Origin: Octopus vulgaris
Taxonomy: Eukaryota
Assembly (NCBI GenBank): GCA_951406725.2
Contig: OX597816.1
Location: forward strand, 6,882,001 to 6,946,000
Reading direction: 5' to 3'
DNA: 64,000 nt
Part shown: piece by piece, positions 23,401 to 35,600 of the stretch
Layout: the number at the start of each line of letters is the position of its first letter
Position numbering within the stretch: position 1 is the stretch's first letter
Position numbers and translations under genes: made by a program
Notes under the pieces: generated by a model
Told to the model about the DNA's origin: nothing
Database searches by the model: none
The model's input: only the letters and a program-made list of their open reading frames with translations

Positions 23401-26400
23401 GGAAGATTTTAATTCAGAACTTAGGAAAACAAGACATTTGTACTCAGCCGGGTTGGTATCAAAAGGGTTAAAGGACAAAGAAATTGGTGTAAAAGGATGC
23501 CAATTCCAAAAGAGATGAAGCAAACAAATTCTCCAAAATTGAAATTTTTCAAGCATTTTGCAATGTGTCAGGAAAGTTTTGTGGCCCTGAATATTCCAGA
23601 GGGCCACCAGAAGTCAGATTTTACTTCACAGTTCTATTAATCCATTTAGAAATCAGGCTGAAGTAAAAAGAGTTCTTCAGGTTTTGCCTCCATCAACAAT
23701 ACATAGTAGTAGTGACAGTATTGCTATCTCAACTCCAGCATTGCTACTATAACAATGAGAGGACACCCCTAAGGCTATTTCCTCCTCTCAACCTAGATTA
23801 ACTGCTTACCATTTAGATTACTTCTCTGTCAAACGTTTATCTATCAATATCATTCTCAATGAATGATCCATTATACTAAAGCTTTAACATTTTGTGGATG
23901 TGAGTGTATATTTTTGAATCTGGAGATATGCTGTGATTGAGAAGACTCGGCAAGGGAAGTGAGATCACAGCTGTAGCCTATACCAATGTCGCATAACCAG
24001 CCTATTTAAAATGTACCTTTGAATCATTGGGCGACAAGCCATGCTTGAGGAGACTTACTGAGTCGAGTAAAATCAAAATCAGAATCTCAATCAGATCAAA
24101 ATAGAAATAGTTGTAGCCAATGCCAGTGCCACCTGACTGGCTCCCGTGCTGGTGGCATGCAATAAGCACCATTCATGTGTGGGTTGTTGCCAGTTCCATC
24201 TCACTGGCTCCCTGTGCCAGTGACACATAGAAAGCACCATCCGAACGTGGTTGATGCCAGTGCTGCTTGACTGGCTCCCATGCCGATGGCACATAAAAAA
24301 GCACCCACTACACTCTCAGGGTGGTTGGTGTTAGGAAGGGTATCCAGCTGTAGAAACCCTACCAGATCAATTTGGAGCCTGGTGCAGCTTCCTGGCTTGC
24401 CAGTCCTCAGTCAAACCATCCAACCCATGAAGGCATGGAAAGCGGATGTTAAACGATGATGATGATTGTAGGATAGACAGGAGAGGCCAAATCTGGCTGG
24501 TTTAAACATAAAACAAGTAGAATATTTGAGGATATGGATATGACCCATTTAAATGCTAAAGGGTTAATAGCTACAATTAAGCTTTTATTTCATTAACGCT
24601 TTAGTATTTAAACCGGCCATATCCGGCCAAAAGTATTCTGCCTGTTTTATGTTCAAACTGGCCACGTCTGGTCTCTCACACCAGCCCTACAATGTCGTTT
24701 TAAAAATTAACAGCTACCACATCACAATCTCATAGCTACAAGATGATGCAGGATTAGTTCAAAACAAAGTGGATGAAAAAGCATTCGTTTTGGTAGAATA
24801 GTGCAAACACTAAAGGGTTAAATTCTATTAAGATTTTGCAAGAGAGACCAAAAAAAAAAAATTGGGATTTTTCCTTACTGGTTGTAAGTCTCTAACTTTT
24901 GGATAGAGTCTTTCTCCTAGCTGGCGCCGGTAGTTGGAGGAACTATCATTCTCAGAAGACTGCTGTTCGTTATTATTGTTGCTGTTACTTCCGCCGCCGC
25001 CGCCACCACCACCACCTCCACCACTGCTGCTGCTACTGCTTCCACCACCACCACCACCACCACCACTACCTCCACCTCCAGCTGTACTGCCACCTGCTCC
25101 ACCTCCTGTTACCGCACCTCCGGCAGCAGCAGCTGCTGCAGCGCTACTACTGCTTCCACTGCCGCTGCCGCCGCCACCACCACCACCACTGCCACCTCCT
25201 CCTCCTCCACCACCACCACCACCACCACCAGCCCCAACGGCTGCGCTATCTGAAGGCATATAGAACGGTGGAGCATCATAAGAAAGGGTTCGCCTGGCTT
25301 CTCTGCTGCGTCTTTGAAGAGCCGACCTCATCCGTTCCCTTTCTCTCTCTCTGGACCGAAGTCTTTGAATCAAATCTGGAAAAAAAACAATGTTTGGACC
25401 ATTTTCAGTAAATTATAACGTTTCGTTTTTGGATTTGGTTTGCAAGAATCTTTACATGAGTTCGTGTGTTGAAGCATATTTTGTTGTGTCTGGGGAGAGT
25501 CATTTTCTTTTTGTGCCTTATAATTTAACACACTCACCGGTAAAATTTCCACTTTTTTCTTATTTTTATATTCCTAAAATTTTCTTTGCGTTTTGCAACC
25601 TTTTCGATAGTCTTGACTATTGAAAAGGTTGCAACACGGTGAGTGTGTTACATTATAAGGCACAAAAAGAAAATGACTCTCCCCAGACACAACAGAATAT
25701 AACAATTAAAATACATAACAATTGCATTAGATTATTATATGTAGCAATTATTTAATGATGGGGAGACAAAATATTAATGGTAAATGGTAAATATGGCACA
25801 AGAGGAAATAATGTACTTACTATACTGCAAGCTTTTACTTCCACCAACTAAAACACCTTCAAGCGATGGTAATTTTTCAGATGTTAATACAGCCTAAGAA
25901 AGAGAAAACAACTAATATATATACCTAATATACATACATACATCATTCATTATACATGATTACAAAAGAGCCAGAAATAGTTTCATGCTTTTAGGATACA
26001 TCAAATTGGCAGATTTAAAATGACCTGCAATGTAATCTCCATGCAGTCTTTCAGTCTCAGTTGATGCATTAGATCTATTTAAGAACCAGGAAGTTGGACT
26101 ATGAGTAAACATGAGAAAAGAAAGAAGAAAAAAAAATACAAAGAAGGATAATGCAAAATGTGGAACTGTAAACTGTGTCTGTATCATTTAATATACACGA
26201 TTACAAAAGAGCTATGAATAGTTTCATGCTAGTCATCATCATCATCGTTTAGCGTCCGCTTTCCATGCTAGCATGGGTTGGACGGTTCAACTGGGGTCTG
26301 GGAAGCCAGAAGGCTGCATCAGGCCCAGTCTGATCTGGCAGAGTTTCTACAGCTGGATGCCCTTCCTAACGCCAACCACTCCATGAGTGTAGTGAGTGCT

Positions 26401-27486
26401 TTTTATGTGCCACCGGCACAGGGGCCAGAGCAGGCTGGCAACAGCCACGAACGGATGGTGCTTTTTATGTGCCACCGGCACGAGGCCAGTCGGGGCGGCG
26501 CTGGCAACGGCCACGTTCGGATGGTTCTTTTACGTGCCACTGGCACGGGTAACTTCGCTGCGATTTCCATTTTGGCAGATTTATATAACATGTACAAGCA
26601 ATCGTTCAGGCTCAGTTCATAAAAGTTAGATCTATTTAAAAGCCAGAACGCATGAGAAAACACGTATCTTAAAGCATGAAACTATTTGTAGCCCTTTTGT
26701 AATTGTGTATATTAAATGATATTTATCTCACACTCGATGGAATACATCTTTTTGTTGATGATCCTACCTACATTGGAACTGTAAACTACACATACATCAT
26801 AAAAAGTCAGGAGGTATGAGAGGTGAATGTATATTCTATTCAACCACTTGTCCTCCTTAAGATCACAGCTGTTTCGCAGCCTTCATCATGGAATCATAAT
26901 TTTGGTGTATAATAAATTAGGTTTACATAATATGCATGCTATGCTTTATACAAGAGAATTGTATATTTACGAATCAAGGCAGATAAACAAAGCCAGTTCA
27001 TCAGGTCACCAGAACATCATAGTTACACCAATGCTTCAACTCTACACGGAGCTTTCTATGACAGTCAAACGATTCTATGAATCCATATACTACACTACAA
27101 ATTTTTATATATATATATATATATTTATTGATTGGCCCTTGTGGTGGTGGCACGTAAAAGCACCCAGTACACTCTCGGAGTGGTTGGCGTTAGGAAGGGC
27201 ATCCAGCTGTAGAAACACTGCCAGATCAGACTGGAGCCTGGTTCAGCCTTCTGGTTCGCCAGTCCGCAGTCAAATCGTCCAACCCATGCTAGCATGGAAA
27301 GTGGACGTTAAACGATGATGATGACGACGATATATATATACACACACACACACACATCAATATGTGTGTGTGTGTACCTAATGTATAAGTGACAAAATAT
27401 ACCTACATGAAATTACAATGAAACTAAACAGGAGTTGAAATGAAACGGAAGAAAATGCTGTCCCCTCTCAAATAATCCATAGTCTT

Positions 27487-27523
<37 letters not shown>

Positions 27524-27823
27524 TTTTGTAGAATAATCAGATGCATGTAAAATTCATTTAAATAATTCTACATTAATGATTGTGTACGTGTGTGTCCGTC
27601 CGTCCGTCAGTCGATATTTTCAAGTAAAAAAAACAGCTTATGATGTTTACAAAAAATATACACAGGAGTGGCTGTGTGGTAAGTAGCTTGCTAACCAACC
27701 ACATGGTTCCGGGTTCAGTCCCATTGCGTGGCATCTTGGGCAAGTGTCTTCTGCTATAGCCCCAGGCCGACCAATGCCTTGTGAGTGGATTTGGTAGACT
27801 GAAACTGAAAGAAGCCTGTCGTA

Positions 27824-27874
<51 letters not shown>

Positions 27875-29635
27875 GTGTGTGTGTATATGTTTGTGTGTAT
27901 GTGTTTGTCCCCCTAGCAGTGCTTGACAACCAATGCTGGTGTGTTTGCGTCCCCGTCACTTAGCAGTTCAGCAAAAGAGACCGGTAGAATAAGTACTGGG
28001 CTTACAAAAGAATAAGTCCCGGGGTCGAGTTGCTCGACTAAAGGCGGTGCTCCAGCATGGCCGCAGTCAAATGACTGAAACAAGTAAAAGAGTAATGGTC
28101 AATGCAGTACTGTGTGTGTGTGTTGTGAAAGAGATTACAGCAACTTCTTCCGGATTCTTCCAATAACAAATAAAGAAAAAGTAGAAATTAGAAGCTGAAT
28201 GTTAAGAGTCTTGTATTTCCAATGAAAGGTTAATTAGCAAAACCTGCTCACGTTTGCCATAGCTGTGTAGAAACTTCTAGCGACACCACTTCCTTCTCCA
28301 GGCTCATCTTTGAAGGTCACTTTCACTTTGTGGACAGCAAGCGGTGGCCCAGAGGCATTGGTTCTTCGATTGAATTGGGTATTTAATTGTTTAAATGTCT
28401 GAGTAATTAAAGAGGTGCGATCACGTTCAACCTGCAATTGAAAAATCAATCAATCGTTAGAAAGCAAAAAAAATACAACACATGATGACGAAAGGAAAGG
28501 TCTATAGGAGTTGCGTGAGAGCTGCAATGCTGTATAGGAGTGATACATGGGGATTTTGAGGGAGAAAAATGTCAATTATGAGAAGGACCAAGAAAGCAAG
28601 GGTGAGAGAAACGTGTGGGGTGAAGCTGTTTGATAAGAGGAGGACTGAGGGCTTGATGGGGATGCTGGGGTTGGAGGAATCGGTGGAATGGCTGGCAAGG
28701 GTAAATGCAGTGGTATGGGCATGTGTTGAACAGGGACGAGGAGCATGTTCTGAGGAGGGTGTTTGTGTTTGAGGTAAATGGAGCGTGAAAGCGAGGTAGA
28801 CCGAGGAAAAGGTGGAAGGGACAGGTCAGGTGGAGGGGGAGATTGGGAGGGTTGGCTTGAAAAGGGAGGACGTCTAAAAGATGGCGAGATGGTGTGAAGG
28901 CAGTTGCTATGGCACTGAGGTAGATCTGGCCACCCCCATTAACAGGGATAAAACACAAATTCAAAATGATGGATGATGACATATTTAATCGTTTTTTTAT
29001 TAATATTTTTTTTATTAATATTTAGCAGAATCAACAAAGTGACTCAAAGAGCTCTGAGCTTCAGGCATTAGCACTAATTCAACTTAGCACTTTTGACAAC
29101 ACATGAAATTCTTGGCCCTAGAGTCACTATTGCTTTTAACACACACACACACACACACACACACTTTTATTTTGATTTCTGTTTTTCCTGTTAACATCAC
29201 CAAATGTATTTAATCAGTTACAAATAATAAAATTCTAATAAACTTCATTAAAAAAGGAAAATTTGGGGGTGATTCTTAATAATGAAACAATTCAGAGTAA
29301 TTAAGACATGATTTTTTACCTCTAATGATAAGTCTCTCTGTTGTGAATTTCTGATTTTCTCCATTTCTCTTCTGAACCGGCTTTCTTTAACAGGAAAGCC
29401 CCCCAATTCATGTATCACAGATCCAGGTTCCGCACCAACATCGTCACAAAATACTCTACCAAAGAGGTCCAAGCATAATCGCCATCTCCCTAATAAGATG
29501 TCATGTGATACTTGTTGACCAATGGCATTCTGTGGTCTAAAAAGAGACAAAATAGAGGAAAAATTAATTTCACTGCACATTTCCAGCTGTAAAAACTATC
29601 TAAAAAAAGAAATAAAAACATCTTAAAACAAGAAT

Positions 29636-29668
<33 letters not shown>

Positions 29669-32600
29669 GAATGTGGCTGGTGCCAGTGCCCCTTGACTAG
29701 CTCCTGTATCGGTGGCACATAAAAAGTACTATCCGAACGTGAACAATGCTAGGGCTGGCTGACTGGCTTCTGTGCCAGTGGCACATAAAAAGCACCCACT
29801 ACACTCTCAGAGTGGTTGGCATTAGGAAGGGCATCCAGCTGTAGAAACTCTGCCAGACCAGAATGGAGCCTGGTGCAGCCACAGGCTCTCCAGACCTCAG
29901 TCAAACCATCCAATCCATGCCAGCATGGAAAACAGACGTTAATCAATGCTGATGATGATGATTATTTATATATATATATATATATATATATGTCAGATTA
30001 GTAGACTGAGCTAGAAAACAACTAGAAAGGAAAATATTGATTGAATTCAATTAAGTCGAGTGTTAATTAAACAACAATGATAATCTGAAGATCTGCTTAC
30101 CTACATACTCCTCCGCCAGCTGATGGGGCTTGGGAAGTTTCAATTACTACAGTATTTGACACATTTTCATTGGCACCAACTAAATCTACTTGCGCATCAG
30201 ATGTTCCTGGCACAATTTCTAGCATATTACTGCAGAGGAAAAAAAAAAACCAATTCATATTTAGACACACACACACACATTTGTGTTTAAAAGAGTCACA
30301 CAAGAGCCTAGATGAATTTTCCTCAGAGACTAAGCATAAAACACAGAATATAGATTAGAAATGGATTTGGTAGACAGAAATATAAAAAAGCCTGTTGCAT
30401 GTGTATGTATGTATGTATGTATGTATGTATGTATAGGCATAGGAGTGGCTGTGTGGTAAGTAGCAGCAACCATAGAAAATCTACCTCAATAAACTCTGTC
30501 TGACCCATGCAAGCACGAAAAAGTGGATGTTAAAAGGATAACGATATATATTAGCTCCACCCAGCCATGTATCTCCTCTCAGACAATACACTCATTCCTG
30601 TCCCTCTATCATACTTTAGCCCCTCATAAAACCACCTCAATCCAGTTACTTGGTACCCTGACTAATGCTGGTACCACATAAAAAGCACCCAGCATATACT
30701 CAGTAAAGTGGTTGGTGTTAGGAAGGGCATCCGGCCAGAGAAACCATGATGAAAGAGACAGAGCCAAATACAGCTGTCCGGTTCATTGAATCCGGTCAAA
30801 TTGTCCAACCCATGCCAGCATGGAAAATAGAGATTCAATGAACATAATCATCATTTAACATGGGTTGGACGCATGTTCATGCATACACACACATTAATAA
30901 AAAGATTTGTAATTAGTATTAATTCTGAATTCGTTAGGTCAGACAGATTTGAAACCTCTTTCAGATACATAAATGCAATAACTGTAATAAAATGTGAAAC
31001 CAGGAAAATCAATATATTTCATCACATGACCAACCAGACTACCAGATGTCGTTACACATCGCTCATCACAATGCACTTTGCACTGTCTTAGCCTTCAGAT
31101 GGAACAACGTGAAACGAAGTGATCTGCTCAAGAACACAACACACTACAAGGTCTGAGAATTGAACTCACGATCTAGCAATCATGAATGAAACAGCCTAAC
31201 CCCCAAGGCCAAGTGCCTTCACAATATATTTCATATCAAGTTCAAAATTGAATATTTTAATTTGTTTGATTATTTTTTCTAAAACGAATCAACAATTTTG
31301 AATAAATTTGAAATAAACTGAAGAAAAAAAGAAAGGTGTCCTAACCTGTCAGCAATAGCGACTGATGAATCAGATGGGGTGGTCACAGAAAGCCCTGGTC
31401 TCGGTTGTTGGGTGGAAACATCAGAAACTGGAGCTAGGGCATTCACGGCCGAAGAAGTAGGATTGTTTTGGTTGCCAGGAGTCGATGTAGAAACAGCCAA
31501 AGGAGAGGTACTTCCAGGTTGAAGAGTTGTGGTTTGTGGTGCTGCAGCTAGGGCAGTTACCATTTCGTTAGAATTAGAGTCTGACGGCATCACCACTATA
31601 GCACGGCTGTTGTTGCTGCTGCTGCTGCTGTTGTTAGTAACGACACTGCTGCTGACGGCAAAGACGGGTCCTGTCGACATCACGGTGGGCGTGTTGCAGC
31701 TGCTCTGCGCAGAGCTGGCATGTACTATCACGCTGGCTTGTTGGGTAGACAGAGAAACGGAGTTGGGGGGCTGCTGCTGCTGCTGAGGGGGCGGCGGCGG
31801 CGGCGGGGGAGGTGGTGGCAGTTGCACAGCAGCCTGGGATGAAGACACACACAACGAGGTGGCACTGTTGGCCAGGGACTGGAGCAGAGTGTGCTGAGAG
31901 TGAGAATCGATCTCTGATGTCTCCATAGCTGTGGGTCCAGGAGCAGTCATCAACGTGGCAGCAGCTCTGGTGCTAGAAACAACAGTCGTCTCTAGCCCAG
32001 AAGAGGGTGTTGAAGTGCTTAAAGTGGATGATATTGTAGAGAAAGTAGCAGTTGTGACAGGTGGGTTTGATGTTGCCCCTGTTTGAGCTGTTGGCTTTAC
32101 AATGACGCTGGTGCTTACTATTTCCTGCCTATCAGATGTCGATGTTGAAGCTTCCACGGTCGATGAAGCTGCGTTCTGTGTGTCTTGTAAACGTAGGGAC
32201 AAGGACAGGTGAACAGGCATTTTTTTTTCAAAGGAATTGGTCGATATACTCCCTGAGACGTTGGCACTGTAACCAGCAGACGTTCCACCACTAACATCTG
32301 CGCTTGACTCGCCCGCGTCCGTCGGGTGGATGGCTTGGCGGGCAATTCCGAATAAATCTTCTCGGCGTGAATTGGGTTGAAGCAAGTGAGGAAGATCAGC
32401 AAGGGGGAGAGCTTCGATGAGAGGAATACTGAACGGATCGGGTGGCGGACACCCGAGGAAAATTGTGGAATCGGAACGTTGAAAGAATGGATGCTTCCGT
32501 CCCGTACGCCCACCAGCATCACTGTCACCATCAACACTTTCAGCATCTAAGGCAACACTACTCATCGGATCGTCGTCATGTTCCTCATTGTCGTTTAGGT

Positions 32601-35600
32601 CATGATCTTGCCAGGAATGGACTGAGATACCATCTCTCAAGACTTCGGTGTCGGTGTCTGTCCCGCTTCGAAGGAAGTAAATCAAAGCATCAAAAACATA
32701 GGCTACGTGTCTCAGGGCAGAAATATCAATAATTGGTAGGCTGTCCGAATGTTCGTCATTGTGAGCCCTCATTAGAGATAATGCGTAATTGAGAAAATCC
32801 CGGCGTGCAGAATTACCATCAGATGCAGCTGAAAAATTCATTGAAAAAAATGTAAATTTATAAATTGTGAAATTTTATAATGGACTCATTTCAAAAGAAA
32901 GAACGGAAAAGTATCAACCCTTTGCTCTTTTTAGTGTATTACAGGTGATGCACTGGACATTCTTCTGGTGTCCATGCATCATGTATGAGATATATTTTAA
33001 TGACCAGAGTAACTTGGGAATAGTGGAGGAAAAGCCTTACGGAACATATGGAACAAAAGCTAACTAGAAGTCTGAAAACCAGCCTAGACATTTAGGACAC
33101 ATTTATGAAAATGCTTTGGACAGGCAAAGGGTTTTTAAAAAATTTTTTTTTTAAGTAAAATATATTTTTTCATCAATACATTAAATCAAAAATGGGTTCA
33201 ATTCCTTCCCGCTATTTTAAATAAACCATTTTTATGATGCTGGTATAAACAATTGATTTAGGGAAAATGACACATGGAATTAAATATTTCTAATTTAAAC
33301 CTTGTCAAAGATGTGGGAGCACAAAGCTGTACCATGGTGACATAAATGAATATACAAACTTATACCAAACAGGTGATTGGTCTATCATCTCTATGGTAAG
33401 CAAGAGAACCATCTTACAAGTAAACCATATCATATTTTATTTTCCCCCCATCAGTGAAATGAAAGAAGTATATGATCTTTATGCATTTATATGATTACAT
33501 TTTCTTTTAATCTTTCTTTTGATCATAGAGCCCTTCACTTTCATATACAGTTGCTATTTCAATATAACTGGGTGTTATCAGTACAATATGATCAGGAATC
33601 TAGGCTATGTTAAACGTTGCATTACATTAAATGAAAATATCAACTTTACTGAAGGAGGAGGAGGAGGGACTTTCCTAATAAAGCAAAAACGTTAATTACG
33701 CTGTCTTATTAAAGAGAAGCAATCTACAACAGTTTATTATATTTTTTTCACTGATAAATTTATTCAAATAGTGATGTCCTACACACTTTATAACTATTTG
33801 CTAAAAGTACAGAGAGATGGCAATTCTGAGAAGGACTGAGAGAATAAGGGTGAGAGAAATGTGTGGAATGAAGCTGTTTGATAAGAGGAGGACTGGGGAC
33901 TTGATGGGGGATGCTGGGGTTGGAGGAATCAGTGGAACGGCTGGCAAGGGCGAATGGAATGTGGTGGTATGGGCAAGTGTTGAGGAGGGATTAGGAGCAT
34001 GTTCTGAGGAGGGTGCTAGAGTTTGAGGTAAATGAGCCGAGAAAGTGAGGTAGACCAAGGAAACCGTGTAGGGGACAAGCGGAGGAGGGTTGGCTTGAGA
34101 AGGGAGGACGCCCAAAACAGGTCGAGATGGCATGAGAGCAATTGCTATGGCATTGAGGTAGATCTGGTCACCCCCATTAATGAGGACAAAACCCCATTAA
34201 TGGGGACAAAACCCAGATTTAAAACACTGATGGACCAATTGACTGACAGTGGATATGAAATTTCAAGACAGTTATTTTACCAACTTTCCAGGAATTGGGT
34301 CAATAAACAGAATGCTATACCTAATGTTCCAAAACGTGTTCTTCGTCGGTTATCCAAAACTTGGGAAACTCTCTGCTCCTCTCGATTAGATCTCTCTCGC
34401 AAGTTTCGGACATAATTTGAATGTAGTGGGTGACTTGGACTAGCAGGGTCTGTACTGTTGCTAAGAGCAGAACCAAACCGAAGCTGGGCTTCTGTAGAAT
34501 CCATAACTGTAATCAGCCAATCCCATGTTGGTTTCAGATGACGATTTAAATAATTCTAGCAAAAAATATAAAACAATTATTCACATTTACTAAATGAAAG
34601 CAATTTTGTAAAGGCATTAGAACAGTGAAAAATTAGTTTTGATATTTCAAATTGATGGAAATTAAGAAACTGCTATAAAATAGAACTGGAAAGGAATAAA
34701 CTAAAGAAATATTTCTAAAACTCAAATTGAAATTCAATCTTCAATCAAAATTAAAACTAAAATTCTTATAAAAATTTAATTTTCAAATCTTCTCAAATAA
34801 CTTCAAACCCTGTTTATCCAGACATATTTTATTAAGCATCAGCTTAATGAAGTTAATTAGTTTGCTAAATTAATTCCAATTCTTGATTAATCTCAACTTC
34901 ACACAGACAGAATTAGAATAGAAGTATGGTTAGAAAAGAACATCAAACTTATAAAATCACTCTGAGATCTTTTGTTATAATGGAAATGAAAAAGAAATCA
35001 AGTTGATTAACCCTTTTGTTACCGTATTTCTGTTGAGATTCTCTGTATTTCTTTCAATTAATTTTAAATATAACAAAGAATTTAGTAAAATAACTTCGTT
35101 ATCATTAAGCTAATGTTAGGAACATAAATTGTGACTAAGTTTTGGTGGAAGATTTTAATTCAAAACTTATGAAAACAAGACATTTTTACTACAGAGCCAG
35201 AGGCAGTCTCAGCTGGGTTGGTATCAAAAGGGTTAAAAATATCATGGAGACTTTAACCCTTTTGTTACCCTGTTTCTGTTGAGATGCTCTGTGTTTCTTT
35301 CAATTAATTTTAAATATAACAAAGAATTTAGTAAAATAACTTAGTTATCATTAAGCTGGTGTTAGGAACAAAAATTGTGACTAAGGTTTGGTGGAAGATT
35401 TTAATTCAAAATTTATGAAAACATGACATTTGTATTACAGAGCTAAGGCCGGTTTCAGCGGGGTTGGTAACGAAAGGGTTAAAAGCTGGCAAATGCTCAG
35501 AGAAAAATGTTGAAAGAAAGAAACGAAGGTTAACTACCTGTTGTTCAAGAGCATCTTGCTCAGTGATTTCCAATATTCTTCGGAGATTCGGAGCCAAAGT

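Noticed and set aside
24899-25411. Poly-His and poly-Pro ORFs on +
   Set aside because: Antisense shadows of the UBR5 poly-Gly exon.
26975-27010. CTGATGA on the minus strand as another hammerhead
   Set aside because: No GAAA follows the putative stem II.
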